A stretch of 63,981 nt of DNA, filler included, from Choristocarpus tenellus KU-1152 (GCA_964200185.2; 15 parts of 15 records of this genome joined end to end with filler, not necessarily neighbours in it), one strand, 5' to 3'. Positions 22,261-36,402 are shown, counted from the whole stretch's first letter. Notes: generated from the sequence alone by a model not told the origin. Program-made: numbers and translations.

Positions 22261-25206
22261 GACTGCCCAAGTTAAAGATTAGACAAGACCGGGGTGGTAC
22301 GGTGACCCTAGTAGGGATTGAATTGAGGGTGGGTGAAAACCAACAGAGATGGCATGCTGGTTGCCCTTGACCAGAGGGAGATGACATGTAAAGAGACAGA
22401 GGACAAGATAAGGGATACACATTCAACCTGAATGATAAAGATGAGTAAGCAAGACCACTGGATGCTATAGAGGGAGGAGTAGATGAGGAGATTTTGCAAG
22501 AGGATTAAGAGGTGGAACTCATGGTGGAAGATGGCAACAGTGATAACGTCGAAGCTAACAAACTGTCACAGGCGATATGTCTTGATGATGGTTTCATAAA
22601 CGCCGTTATGACATTGAAGTTCTAGATTTGATATATTTGTACTTGTTGATTATTTATTTATTATTTGTTCATTATGGTCCCCGATTGTGATAAGACAGTG
22701 TTGATCAGTTCCTTTCTTATACGATGATATTGGTGATAATCCAAGTGAGAGATCCAGCATAATTGACGACTTGTGCATCAGGAGTCCTATGCGTACATCA
22801 GTATCATCTATAAGCCCGTAGATTGGAGCTACACATCCTGTGAAGGTGAGCTTTCGGGGGTGCCTGTAACAAAACCTGACCCTGTCATTAATGATGAAGA
22901 TCAGAATACAACTCAGCAACATTTGGAGTACTCTAAGCACACTCAGAATAGTTCCTTTATGTTCTGCGCTGCCAACCAAAACGGTTTGAGCCATCAAAAA
23001 ACATCAACATTCCATGACATGAGTTTCATATTATGAACCAGTAAAGCAATCATGTAAATTTGCACACAACCAAAATGCCTCGAACAACAGAAGCGTTCCC
23101 CTTACACCGATAATGCACCTTATTGCAGGCTACATTGTGAATCAAAGGAGCTACTACGGCTTGATTGACGCGGCAGGACGTCAGCTTTTGTTCCTTATGT
23201 ATTTCATATGACGAATCGAATTGTAGCAGGTTTTGTACTGGTTTAAATGCCTCCAGTCTACTTTGTGGTTAGTATTTTCTCCAATTTGGGGCTAAAACAA
23301 AACCTTTCTTGGGTTTCACGTGGACTGCAAAACTGCAACTGCATCATTCCTAGTTTGCCCCCACGTTTCCAACCATGTTTTATTTGTTTTCTAACTCGAA
23401 ATATTCCAGCATATTTTATTAAATACTTTGATTCCTACTCCCTCATTATAATACTTCGAAGGGTTTTGCACTGGGTCGGTAACTAAAATGGTCCGTTTGG
23501 TCAGACTGGTCCCACAATTATCTGACATGTCCTTATCTATGTCTAATAGGTATCGTACCGCTTCATGTCCACGGGATACTGTACCGGTCAATGTCTGCCA
23601 TAACATGTCCAGAACGTGTTGACTAGGTATTGTACGACTCTATGTCTGTAGGTTAGGCTGGGTTTAACATTCTCTAACATGCTTGGAACATGTCTGTTTG
23701 CCAGTCTGTTTAACTTTTTTTCCTGATATGTCCGGACCATGACCAGTACGTGTTGTATTAGGCCAACGATCCAGTTCGTTTGGTCGCCACCATCCACTCC
23801 TGAGAAAATGTATGCAAAATGTTCAGGGTGAAGTTGTATGTGCACGCATATAGATAATAGGCAATAGAACTCTTTCTATTTGTCACTGAACCTTCCTTTT
23901 TTGTTCAAAATTTCAAAGGAACATATCCTTAACAAATGTTCGTGTGTCGCGGAATGAGGATGTAAGGAGGCATGTGTGGAAACTTGAAGTTATACGTACT
24001 ATCTTATCTCTACAAAAATCGCAAATCACCCTAACCTACCTTACTATTGGTTCTCAAATCCACATATCATTTGTTTTATTATGATACAGCATGTGTGAAA
24101 GTGTCAAAGGTGCCAAGTTCTTTTTTGCTCAAGGGGGCAATCACAATCACCGGACTGAACTCTTTCACNNNNNNNNNNNNNNNNNNNNNNNNNNNNNNNN
24201 NNNNNNNNNNNNTTAATTAATTAANNNNNNNNNNNNNNNNNNNNNNNNNNNNNNNNNNNNNNNNNNNNTTTTTTCCTTTTTCTCGCCCCCCCCCCCCCTC
24301 TCCCCCTGGTGCCTGAATAGAGCGGTGTGTTGAAATCCGTACGCGTGTAGCGCACGTTGAAGTTTGATTTGTTGACTTATACATAGAAAAAGATTAGCTT
24401 CCATGAATTAAGGTGAGACCTAAGGGCATCCCTGAGCATCCAGTGAAAACAGCACCCTGAGGCGACGTCATCATGGTCGGATGGAAATATATTTATTTTT
24501 TGGTGGCTTGACTCCGGTGCCCCAGTGTCTCCCCTTGTTGGAGTATTTGAAATTGTGAAAAACTAAGCGGTTATATGGAGGGGGTTCTTGTCACCAAAAA
24601 AAGTGACAAGTTTTTTTTTTTACACTGAATGGAAATATATTTATTTTTTCTGAGCAGTGTCCCAGAAGGGGTATACCCTTGCATATTTTTTATCGACAGG
24701 GGTACAAGAAGTTTGTGTGTGTGTGTGTATTTGGACTGTTCCTGATTGTGTTTTTGGATGCCTCATCCGTGACGAAAGCAGACCTTCTTGTTTGTTGTTT
24801 TGGAACTTTCTTGTCTTTTTTTGCTTTAGTTGTTAGTGGTTCGTAATGGCTTCTTTTTTTTTTCTAGTACTTTTTTTCTTTTTGAAGGTGGGGGGGGGAG
24901 GGGGGGTGGGGGGGCTTTACGGCAAGAAAGTTCTGGTCTCGAAATGAATATAATGAGAGTTTTTTTATTTTTTAAGAAGCGGAAAAATCAATTTCTAGAA
25001 AGTGGCGTCTTGTCTTCTACCTACAGGTTTTTTTTTGTGTTCTGAAGATTTTTGTGTGTTCACCCGTAAGTTTAGTTAGCAGGAGGGAAATGAAAATACA
25101 AATGATAATTCAATAGGGACGGCTCCGGCACACGTCTCTTCTTACTCTGTTGACACTCTTTGTCTGCATCATGTTGTCCCCTTCCCATTTTTTTTTCTAA
25201 TAAAAA

Positions 25207-25207
<1 letters not shown>

Positions 25208-25239
<32 letters not shown>
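25208..25239. repeat. (TG)n microsatellite
   Basis: About 16 TG units just upstream of a splice acceptor. Confidence 0.95.
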
Positions 25240-25240
<1 letters not shown>

Positions 25241-25247
25241 TGTGTAG

Positions 25248-27323
25248 ATTGTATGAATGGACACTCTTTCTGTGGGTTGTGCTTGGAGCAGTGGATGGGC
25301 GAGGGTGGTGGGCGAGTTTGTCCATCCTGCATGCAACCCATTGAAAAGGCCTTACCTGTCAGACACCTTGATCAGGCGAGTTTTTTTTTTGTTGGTCGGG
25401 AGAAGGTTTTTGAGTGGCGTTTCTCTGAGTTGGGCACTGCTGTTATAGTTTTAGCTCAAACTATACTTAATTTTTTTTTTCTTTATCTTTTACTTCACTA
25501 TTCCAGCTTATGTAATTGCCAGAGCAGATAAAGCAGAAGTTGTTCAAATAGCGTTAGATCCAACAAAAGTACATGTATTAATGTAATTAAGAGATTATCA
25601 TGATACTTATTTGCTAATAGGTAGATTGATTGACTCAAAAATATTTGATCGCATAGATAAGACAAATGGGACTGCAACAGAATATTTTAAACTTAAGAAA
25701 CAATTTTCAAGCACGCAAATGAAGTTCTCTATGGTCTTTTATATTATTTAGTCTGATTCTACTAATGGTAGCAATAGTTTGGGGAAGGAGTGTTGCAATA
25801 TAGATACGTATGTTTGTGTTCCATGTAATAGTTTGTAACTCATAATAAAGAATGCCATTTTTGACAGCTTGAAGAAGTAAACAGTTGGATCTTGTGGACT
25901 GTTTCACTTCTTCTCTTGGGGTTGAACAAATATATCGCGGCTCACCTTTTCTGCCATGTGCGCTTAATTCTTGCTTGAAAATCGCTTTTAGTGTGTGGCA
26001 AGGGACTGTTGATGACATCTCAGTGTTGCTTATGCCATTGTGTACTGACTGACTCCCTATTTTTCACTGGTGCAAATTGGGGGTTTCCTGGATTAGTGGG
26101 TGGCCTTGTTGTAAAGCAAAGCTCTATTTTTTGTTGCGCCGGTCCGTAACTATATCAGGGAGGCATTCCTGTTAATCTTGGTTTTGTTTTGGACAACGTC
26201 TGTTGCATTTTTTTTTTTCAGTTGGCTTGGTTCTCCCTCTCACCGCGATCAGACCTCTTGTTGTTGAACTTGAAACTGTGTTGACACCTCTCCCCTATGT
26301 GATGCTCCGTGGCACTCTGTGGTGCTGGATGTCTATGTGCTGCGTTGTATGCGGATTTCCTCTCTCAGGATATTGTTAGTATGTGGATTGTGGACTATTG
26401 TGACCTCCTTTCGATCATCATCCTCTTACTTAGCAGTTTACTTCTGGTTCAATGAGGTTGTACTAGGAGTTGACACGATATTGAATTATTTCAGTTGTGT
26501 TGACCCAGTCTCCACCCGTACTGATGTTTCCTTCTGCCTGAGCAGTCCTGGTTAGGTACATGGTGAAGGACTCACACGCACACACACAACATAACACAAC
26601 ACGACACAACACAACACAACACAACACACACGTGGGCAGTCAGACACATGCACACACCAATTAACCCTGTTGGCTGAGATTAGCCCTCTTGCATGCATCT
26701 CAATGTTCATTCCTCGTCTTGCTTGCAATTTCCGTCTGTGCTCTGGTGCGCATCTAACCATGCACGAACAACAATCAATTTGTTGATACCAGGCCATTGA
26801 GAAGAAGGTCAGTGCTGCAGCTGATGGTGAGGAGCGAGACAATTGGTTCCTTCGAAAAAAGGACTGGGAAGCCACTGTCAGGGCTAGGAGAGGAAGTGGG
26901 ACCAAGGTGAAGGTCCCCACCCACACCAGGGCCCGTGATTCTGTTGGAATTGACAGTGGTGTCATGTCGAGTGATGTGTTGGGTTTGGACAATGTTGGGG
27001 AGGCGGAAGCGTCGGTGGGGGCACGGGAGGTGGATTTTAGACCGCTTGCTGGTGGCTTCGCTCGACGTTTGTTTGGATGGGGTGACCAAAGCATGGGAGG
27101 CGGGGGGGGGGTGGCTGTGGCGACTGAGAGTGAAGAAAAGGAGGACCATGTAGAGTTTGAGGAGGAGGAGGAGGAGGGAGGGGGGGGGAGGGAGAGGGAC
27201 AACGAGTCAATGCCGTTTGTGCACCAGGTTGCCCTGGCTGTTGCTGTGGCTTTGCTGGGAGCTATCTATGCAGTGAGGAGTGTCAATGGTGGGAGGTGGA
27301 ATGGAGGGCGTTGGTTCCATTAG
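25248..27323 (+). CDS. RING-HC finger protein with a C-terminal transmembrane helix (exons 25248-25375 and 26793-27323; 5' exons not located)
   Basis: CMNGHSFCGLC...W...CPSC splices in phase 0 to AIEKKV..., then an acidic run, hydrophobic VALAVAVALLGAIYAV and a stop codon. Confidence 0.75.
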
Positions 27324-28136
27324 ATGCCGCTGGAAAAAATGTCTTTGGGGTTAAGGAGAGGAAAATAAAGTCAATGAATCGTTGCTGCACCAATTTAGTG
27401 GTCAAGTCAAAGTCTCCTGCCAACCTGATATTGAGGGGATTGGCAGATTGGTACGACATTATGAGGTATACAACCACCAATATGCGCGCATACACTGCTG
27501 AAGGTATATACTCGATGGTTCATACTGTCATTGGTATCTTTGACATATCGTTCTACTGTTCTGCCAACTTTCACTTTCTTTTTCATATTTACTTCCTTCG
27601 TGGCACTTTAAACTATTGTTCTGTATTTGCACTGTAGAGCTCTGGGCTATCCTGGAAGCATCTCGTGGCTCCTGGCGATCGATTCCCTTTTGGTTTGGTG
27701 CAGAGTGTTTCTTGGATATGGTGTTTGATACAGATAGTTTTGTATGTCGCCTCCAGAGGTGATGTGGTATGAGGGGCTGTCCTTGTGTGTACAGGCTCAT
27801 TGGTGTATTACTCCCCCCCCCCGCTCCCCTTGGTCACTTGCAGGGTGTGCAACCACTTTTTTTAATGTTTTTTTCTGCAGGAGAGATGTAGGCATGTATA
27901 ATGCAGTGCATTTTGAAGCTGCTGTGTATTGATGTACATAGGATATGAGGAGATTGTGGATTGGGAAAAATCAAAGGGTTGGGGGGGGGGGGGGAATCAG
28001 ATAGGAAGCAGGGTGATAATAGTTGGGGGGGGGGGGNNNNNNNNNNNNNNNNNNNNNNNNNNNNNNNNNNNNNNNNNNNNTTAATTAATTAANNNNNNNN
28101 NNNNNNNNNNNNNNNNNNNNNNNNNNNNNNNNNNNN

Positions 28137-28191
28137 ATTGGATTTTGACCCCCAAATGGACGCGACTCTACCCTCTTAGATACTTTGACTC
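28137..28191 (-). mobile_element. MITE family 1 terminus at a contig start
   Basis: CTCTACCCTCTTAGATACTTTGACTC. Confidence 0.85.
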
Positions 28192-29437
28192 AAAGTGTAG
28201 CAGTTGATGTGGAGTTCATTGTGGCGGAGTGTGGAGTGAGGTTATATTACTATTTGTGTCAAAGGTTGAATGCCTAGCACCTTTGTCACATTGTTCCTGC
28301 TGACCGCAATATGAATTTGGTGCAAGCTACCACGTCCTTACTTTGAGAAATGTGCAGTCTGTCCTTGTTCAGAGACATTGTCCCTATTTTCAACTAACCC
28401 TTTGCCAACCAGTGACAGCTGGCAATACAACTCGAATAAAGCATATAATTTTCAATTGTTACACTCCCAAGTTGATCACTATTTGACCCATAGTATCCTA
28501 GAGGGGGGGGCAGGTGTCATTTCGGGGCCTGTGTGAACCTGTAGTGATTTTCGTATAATCTGAATGAATGTGTCAGATGTAAGGGCAATTTCACTCATCT
28601 GAACACACCTTCCTTTTCCACCCCCCTGCCTGAACCAAATCCAAAGGAAAATCACTCGCAACAATGGGCATCAAACTGTGGTATTTTGCAACACCCCATC
28701 AAGCCCCAAGTGGACACCCTGGGGTAAACAGATACTACGGCACTTTGATGTTTGACAAATGATACAAATTCCTTCAAGTATGCCATTTCCTAAAGTGTTG
28801 ATTTCCAACAAAGCAGCTCCTACTTAAAAACTTCACCCTCTATTAAGAACAACCCTGATGCCAAGGGCTTCATAGACACTGTTGCCACTGGTATCTACTT
28901 TGTCAAGGGCTCAGCTCTCATTAGGCTTGCATCAATTAGTTTGCGCATGGAATGTACTGCTGATATGGTCATAGCCTGGAACAAACCAGTAAAGTTGGAG
29001 AAATATAGAAAATTCAATGCCTACACTGTATCTACAATGCCCCCAGAGGCCAAAATACTACATTATCCATAAAGAATAGTATTTTATGTAAGAAAAATAG
29101 GAGGACGGTATATCTACCCTAACTGAATGGAATACCAGCAAGACAAATTACTTTTGGTCACACAGATTGCCTAATGTATCTTGATGCAAGAAAATACTCC
29201 TTCGAGTACAGTCATTGCACTGCAATCGATGCAAATGACATTGCTTGAAAATTCACTATGCCATTTAGTGTTCAGTCGATACCAGAATTTAAGTTGGATC
29301 AAAAATCACTGGATAATACGATTTGAAGTCATAGGATGCAGTCAAGGGAAAGATTACACATGCGTTGAAGTACTCAGGGTTGTTTCCCCACCTAATTGAA
29401 GTTTGGTTATGTTGCGCAACCTAAATGTTTGCCCACC

Positions 29438-30897
29438 TCTTGAAATTTATTGCTGGCGATTGGACTGTTGTCCTTGAGTTTTCTCCATTCTTATGAAGGT
29501 TGCTTTCTTGGACCATGCCCACTACTGTGATTCCTTGATCGAACTGTAAAGCGGGATCAAGGTCATGGTGCTTCCAGATTAGATGAAGTGGGAATGATGC
29601 TAAGATGTATTTTTGCTGCTGTACAAGAAAAACATGGTGAAAAATGTTTATGGGTCAATACTGCAGTATATGGAACAAGTAGTCCCATCAATCAATCAGA
29701 CGACGCAGCATGTGAACATATTAAAGTCATAAGCCTGGTTGGTAGGATGAGATATAGGTGTTAAGATAAAACTGTTGAAATTGACCCATTTGCAAGTTGC
29801 CATCCCTCCTTTACACTGGGATTGCTATTATTCCTAGCTTGTCCGGCAGAGTTGATAGCAGAGTTATCGCATTACAATAACAAAGCTCAAGTCATATTCC
29901 AGGCTATGATAAAGGGGATAAACCTGTGTCAGAATACAGGGTAGAGTAATCTTGATGTTTGCTCACTTGCTCACCTGTGATAAGTAATTCCTCCTCAAGC
30001 GGTCCTTCTTTGACATCATGACCACCCCGGCACCAATGAAAGCAACAGTTGGTATAATGAGCATGACCCAGCCCACATTTCGCTTGTCTATATCAAATCT
30101 TATATGGTCTGCCATGACCCCTGTAAAAATAATCGCAACCGTCTGAAACGGAGAAAAGCACAAGAAAGGGTACAATTGTCACAATATGATAACGCCTCGC
30201 CATCCAGTATAAGGGTTGTTCTGGGCATACAAGTCACTTGATTTTTTAGCCCTAATATGAAGCTTGTACCAATTATCTCATTCTGTATAGGGAGGATTTA
30301 ATGTTCATATTTTGCCATGCACACCCTACACCTGAACTCCTACTCCTAACTACCCCAAAACATCAGTCCCTCTTGCACCAAGAAAGAATTTCAGTTCGGT
30401 AAAAAATATTCATGCACTATACTGAGGTACTTCAACAGGAAAACATATTCACCAAACTCCAGCCTCTTATGGTTTGCACACATACCAGTTTGAAGCTTAC
30501 CAACATTTGGGCAGTTGTGTAAAATAGGTCGTCCACCCACTCAATGAAGGGACGGAGGAAATTCTGCACAACTAGCGATATCTGGGTCAAAAGTGGAATT
30601 ATTTGTGAAGTCAGGCAACAGAAGGCTAGTTGCGGAAATTAAATCCCAGAGCCAAGCACACTGAATCGCTCATACAATATGTGTGTTGGTTTCAAGTGAC
30701 GCTGTGCATGTGATTTAAAACATCGCAAAAAATATTGGGCGCACAAGCATGGTTGAAGTAGTTCACGAATCTCACCAGTAAGATGAATACCATTACCATT
30801 ATCTGCCAATATGTTGGCGTATATAACACCATTACACCGGAAAGGAGGATGTGGCGCCCAGTCTCAAATAGCTCAAACCACCACATTCGAGGCTCAT
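29438..30897 (-). CDS. Multi-pass membrane protein, partial (exons 30897-30776, 30581-30501, 30142-29975, probably 29620-29438)
   Basis: EPRMWWFELFETGRHILLSG, NFLRPFIEWVDDL and further hydrophobic helices, typical of protist C-terminal TM bundles; GT-AG, phase-0 joins. Confidence 0.75.
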
Positions 30898-31090
30898 CTG
30901 GTACGTTCAAGAGAATTAATAACACTATTGAATATATTTTATAGGTCAAGAAGGACAACGATTACAGTGAGGAAGGACTATTGGTCAGCTGCTAGTACAT
31001 AAACTGTAAGCCCCAAATACCCCGTAGTAAAGAGTGGAGGGATGGAATTTGTAGGGATGCATATCATCCTGCTCTCTTTCTATGAAGCTA

Positions 31091-31170
31091 GGGTCAAAGT
31101 ATCTTGGGGGGGGGGGTGGTTTGTGAGGGGGCGGCGGTTCAGGCTAAACAACTCCTTTTTTTTGCTGACA
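31091..31170 (+). mobile_element. MITE terminus (family 2-like, different interior) at a contig end
   Basis: GGGTCAAAGTATCTTGGGG. Similar termini at 19855-19880, 40083, 45256, 57767 and 57885-57900. Confidence 0.75.
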
Positions 31171-31615
31171 NNNNNNNNNNNNNNNNNNNNNNNNNNNNNN
31201 NNNNNNNNNNNNNNTTAATTAATTAANNNNNNNNNNNNNNNNNNNNNNNNNNNNNNNNNNNNNNNNNNNNCTATCGAAGCTCGGCGCGTAATGGGGCAGA
31301 GAACAGATATGAGAGAAGGCAGGTGGTGGTGCGACCAGGGCGGGGGGGGAAGTGGATGTTGCAAAGATACGACTCACCACTGAGTCATAAAAAAACACAA
31401 ACGCACACACATACATACACACACAAAAAAAAAAAGGGAAGGACTCAAAACAAACAAACAAATCAGAAATAGACACAAAATGGTACACCATAACAAAATA
31501 AAAAAATACACGCATCTCTACAGCTGTGTTCTTAGACATACAAAAAACAAAAAAAGGTGTACGGTCTGTTGTACACCTAGAGGCGTGCAGTGGTTGTTCA
31601 TCTACGCCCTCTCAC

Positions 31616-34038
31616 CCCTGCTCTGAAGGTGACGGCAGTGATCCTCGACCCGTAGCTCTCCGAGTTGGCACGGGTGAAACGCATGCAGTTGGAAATCTTC
31701 ACCCACCCCCTGAACAATTTGCATTTTCAATGCCGAAGCAAGCAGTCGATTGTAAGTCCACAAAGAGAATCTGTGTTCAATCAATTAAGAAACGGTTACC
31801 GAGAATGAAGAACTGCCTCCGGCACCACCACCCACTGTTGTGGCAGTTTGTGAATTGTGTTAGGAACAAAGTCTCGTCTTCTTACAGTGTGTGTGTCTGT
31901 CTGTGTGAGTGTGTGTCTGTCTGTGTGTCTGCGTCTGTGACTGTGTGATATCAATCTGCCAACCAATCAAAATCAGCGATTTCAAAATACTTAAAAGCAG
32001 AAGGAATCTAAGGACTGCTGCTTCCATATGCTCTCACCATCGTTGCAATACCTTCCGGGAGATTGTTCAATAAGAGCTACTGAAAAAACATGGGTGCAAG
32101 TCAACTGCAACAAATCTAATGCACAGCACAGGATTAAAACAACTAGTATCGTCCCCTTTCCTTGGTGGGTAGGGAGGGTAGGGGGAGGTTATGGCAAGCA
32201 AGGGCCCTGGTAAAGTTAAAGACACCATAAAATAAAGGGGGGGTGTTGTGCATAGGGCAATGGCAGACACAATCAACACAGCATGGATGCATGGCGTGCC
32301 TGCCTCATTCATACCCTACCAGCTTTCAGGAAGAAAATATAAATCCAGAAGATGGAGAGGGGAGGGATAGATGGAAGAGGTATGGCATCTTCACCCTTGC
32401 CCCTGGAAGACTATGCAAGCACTTGGGGGGAGGGAATGAGGAAAGAGACTAAACATGTCACAACTATAAAGTCTCTGAAAAGGGCAAGATTTCTGGATGC
32501 AAACACGAGTATTTGCTAGATGACAGAGGCATCACATGCTGTACCATAACTCTGCACATCACCGTGCCTTGCCAATTTCAGGTTTCCTTTCTCACACATA
32601 CATACCAACTTCCACTTGTTCATTGAGTGATTCTTGCACAAACCACATACCCTCTGCTCAAAACAGTAATCATATACGAAGGTCGTCCGTCAGCTTCTGT
32701 TCCAGATCGATCTTTTCCATAACTCTTCTCATCTATATTTCTCTTACATAGCGTCCTTCCAACCCCCCTCACCTTCGCTTCCCCTACATAGAGCAAAATT
32801 ATCTCCCATCGATCCTATCTTCTTATACTTTGCTATCTCTTATTCATGCTCCTTTTTCCTTCAACAATGAACTTCACCCCTCTCAATCTGCTCTCCTTCT
32901 CCACAATCACACTTCTGCATAAGAAACACCGCAACCTCATCCACCCCTTACTCTCAAGTATCCATTTCCTCCTCAAAACCTACAGTTCTTAACATTGTTG
33001 TTGAATCTCTCACTCACACATTGTTATCTCCAAGAAACCAGATGCACACCATATCTTTGCCAGGTGACCTGGCCTTGAAACGACGAATCTCTTCTGGGGT
33101 CGCCACCTTTAACAGTGCCGAAATGGGTAAGGTCACAAAAGTGTTCAAAGGTCAGGGGGGCAGTGAGGGGGAAGTTGTGTGAGGAAGAGGGAATAGTTAC
33201 AACTCTAAAACAGTTGTAAGCATATTCAAGGACAAAGTCAAAGAAAAGCATGATTTCATAGACCCCTCTCTCCCCGTCATAATAATACATCCTGAAGAGA
33301 GTTGATGAAATTCCAGGAGCAGGGAAAGGGATACGGTTTACCGCACACAAGTGTGGGGCAGACTCCTACAGATTTGTTGGGTATCGCAACACCTACCTTG
33401 AGTGTCACATGATGAAGCACACCCGAAGCTCACCTGTTCCAAAATGATCCTATAGAGGTGATCAACCAGTGAAAAAGAATGCTTGAGACCACCAGCAATG
33501 TTCTACCCCTTGTTCTACCTCACGGATTAGATATCTTGCTCTTTACCTGAACATACTTGTATCTACTCCACTCGTGATACAAGAGACCCCATGAGCTGAG
33601 GATCCAGTACAGTAATTCTCTGCCAACTCCGAGGATATCACACTTTCCCCTTGCTCCATATCCTCACTCTCTATCTCCATTCTTCAGCCACACTTGTACC
33701 CAGAAATTGCTTGGAGGCGTTTTTGGCAGTGGGTGACCCCCACAACAGCCTAAAGGACCCGTAAGTAACACGAAAGAGAAAAAGAGAGATTCACTGACCA
33801 CGCTGGGGGGGTGCCATCTTCAATCTTTCAAGGGCGAAACATTACCAGGGGCGTAGCAACTGACACTACCCACCCGTGCAGGCCACCAGGAGTAACCCGT
33901 AAGCTTCGCCCATAAGACAGGGCCTCGGCGTATGTCTTCCACGGTCATGGGTGCTCCATTATCAATAGGTCGAGTTCCCGTCTTTGAACCTTTCCCCTCT
34001 CTTCCTGTTGATGGACCAAAATTCGGTTTTAGCACAGG
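31616..34038 (-). CDS. PWWP-domain protein, partial (exon 34038-33874; probable later exon 31709-31616)
   Basis: VLWAKLTGYSWWPAR bounded by tctag| and |gtgggt. The downstream GWVKISNCMRF fits the second half of the domain; an intervening exon was not found. Confidence 0.75.
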
Positions 34039-34420
34039 CTAGAGATACATATATCGCTTGATGAGGATACATTTTTCATATCTGAGGACGGCTTACCTCC
34101 CTTAGCCATTGTCGGTGGAGCGCCAAGACTCCCAAAAAGGAGAAAAAGATGAAATTATCTCACAAGGAAAAGCTGTACCTTGCGTCCAGTTTGATATGAT
34201 GTGAGGAGTATTTGTCGGGTAGGGAGGGGGGGGGGGGGGGAAGGGTNNNNNNNNNNNNNNNNNNNNNNNNNNNNNNNNNNNNNNNNNNNNTTAATTAATT
34301 AANNNNNNNNNNNNNNNNNNNNNNNNNNNNNNNNNNNNNNNNNNNNACCTTTGGCTTGGTCGAGGTCGCTTCCAAATCGTTTCGGTGCCCTCCACAAGCA
34401 CCGAAATAGTTTTGAACAAA

Positions 34421-34680
34421 GAGTCAAAGTATCTTAGAGGTTAGAGCCGCGTCCATTTTGGGGCCAAAATCCAATGTTGCAATTTAGATAAGATTTGGCT
34501 ATCATGTTCGTTAGGAGAAGTCAATATCCTTGTTCTGGACACTCCTTTTCATAGCGTGTACATTTTACCTACTCCAAACCCATTATTGAGTAGGTAATTT
34601 GTCATTAAATACCTGTGGGAACCCAAGCCCAAAATAGACAAACAGAGAAGAAACTCGTACCCTCTAAGATACTTTCAATC
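34421..34680 (+). mobile_element. MITE family 1, full length
   Basis: GAGTCAAAGTATCTTAGAGG...CCTCTAAGATACTTTCAATC. Confidence 0.9.
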
Positions 34681-34968
34681 AAAAATATATCCCATTCAAA
34701 AAGGGGCCCTTAAAAAGTGCCGCAACATTTACAAAAAAAACATATCGACACTTTTTCCAGGTCAATTTTGGGTCAAACCCATCCTCCATAGTATGCTCCA
34801 TCCTCAATTTTGGTGAGATGCTGTTATTTGTTTGATGCATGATGGAATGGTGGTAACAGAGTTGAGAGTTCCGAGGTGGAGAAAACGCAACATACAACAT
34901 AGTTCGGAGAACTGTTCTTGCGTCAATGAGGAGGATTAAAATACTAAGAAAAAGCTAGCACATTGTCA

Positions 34969-35041
34969 TACAATCACGGGGATCTGAACCCGGTACGTCT
35001 ACTTGGGAGGCAGAAATGATTTACCACTTCACCACAATTAT
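34969..35041 (-). pseudogene. Decayed tRNA-Gly(CCC)-like sequence
   Basis: The reverse complement folds as acceptor ATAATTG/TGATTGT, D-arm GTGA/TCAT, anticodon arm TCTGC-CTCCCAA-GTAGA and a damaged T-arm CCGGGTTCAGATCCCCG. Confidence 0.7.
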
Positions 35042-36402
35042 ATACGACGTAGCACGTTATTATCGCATTGATGTTTATTTCCGTAGATTGGAACTTTGGA
35101 GAAGTTCTTTTTGCACCAAATGTGTCTCATCACCAGGGATGTATTTCAGGAGAAAAATCGAGGCTGGAAGAGGTTTAGATTTTGACCTCCATGAGTGCTT
35201 TACATAGTTTGCTTGCAGATTTTTCCTGGATCAGACAGATTATGCCCAAAACAAAATGAGGCAGATAGGTTAGGTTCTATACCTCAAAAAGAAATGGATC
35301 AAGAACATTGTATGACCTAATTGGTCTGATTTATACAAAACCTCCATAGATTTCTTCTGTACAAAGCATATGTGCAGTGTTCTATTTTGATCGTCATCTT
35401 GGGAGTAACCTGTTGCTGACACATATGACGAGATCATAGGACTAGACCCAAACTTGTTTCAAACAATTATTAAATTCCCATCAAGTACTCGTGGGGAGTT
35501 TGAAGCAAATCTAAGTGGTGATTGAATAGGTTGTTATTGTTCCGAACAGATTCCAAATTCGTTAAGCCAGAGTTGGCGGCGGAGGTATCCCCGTCGACTT
35601 TTTTTCCTCCTTGACCGCCTGCGGTAGTGTGTTAAACCCGATGAAGTGTCCCCATCAGTTTGAGCTCCAGACTGTTCATTTTCCATCTCTTTGGTGTCCG
35701 TCTTGCTTTGACTAGATTCTGGTTCTGCTCTCTGCCTCTTCTGTGCATTACATTTACATTTTTTGTGCACTTGTTAGGGGTTGATGGTTTATGCAAGGCT
35801 GATTCAGGTTGGGATTGCAGTTTTCTTATGATGGGATAGGAACCTTGATTTGTGTTGTGGGTCGGGTATGGGTCACTGTTGGTGGGCCACTGGTTGCTAT
35901 TGGTGACAGTGTGTGACGCAGCGTTTGAAACAGGATATCTGTTTTGTCATTAGTATGTGTTAACAATTTATTCTTCCATTGGTGGAAAATATCGTAACAT
36001 CATTCCCCTCCTCTAACTAACAGGTTTCTTAGTCACTGGAAATCGGGAATTGTCCGGTTTAGTCTTTCGCCTGCCGACTAAAAGGGTCCGAATTAAAGTA
36101 TTGGTGTGGCAGCGGAGATCCTTCCGTCACTGACACAAAAGGAAGGGTCGATGGGGGTGTTGTATCCTTGCACTGGATATTTTTTATTATATATTCTTGG
36201 GTCTTGGATTGCATATTGAAGCATATTTTACGTAGCACATGCCCCTAGTCACTAATTAAAGAGACTTTACTCCCTCCTTCTACCCAATTCATCTTTCTCA
36301 ATGTACATCTCAAAATATCACACACACTCCACCGCTCCTTCGTCTTTGTATTGTACAAGATGCTGCGATAAGTTCCCTCTATAATAAAATGCAACATATC
36401 AC

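Noticed and set aside
33024-33350. Possible reverse transcriptase remnant (D...AYN, GGDP)
   Set aside because: Motif spacing is too short and there is no YxDD; cannot be supported
16745-34038. Apparent cluster of chromatin-related genes (MTase-like, PHD, RING, PWWP)
   Set aside because: RING and PWWP lie on different contigs from the MTase/PHD pair, joined artificially, so adjacency has no meaning
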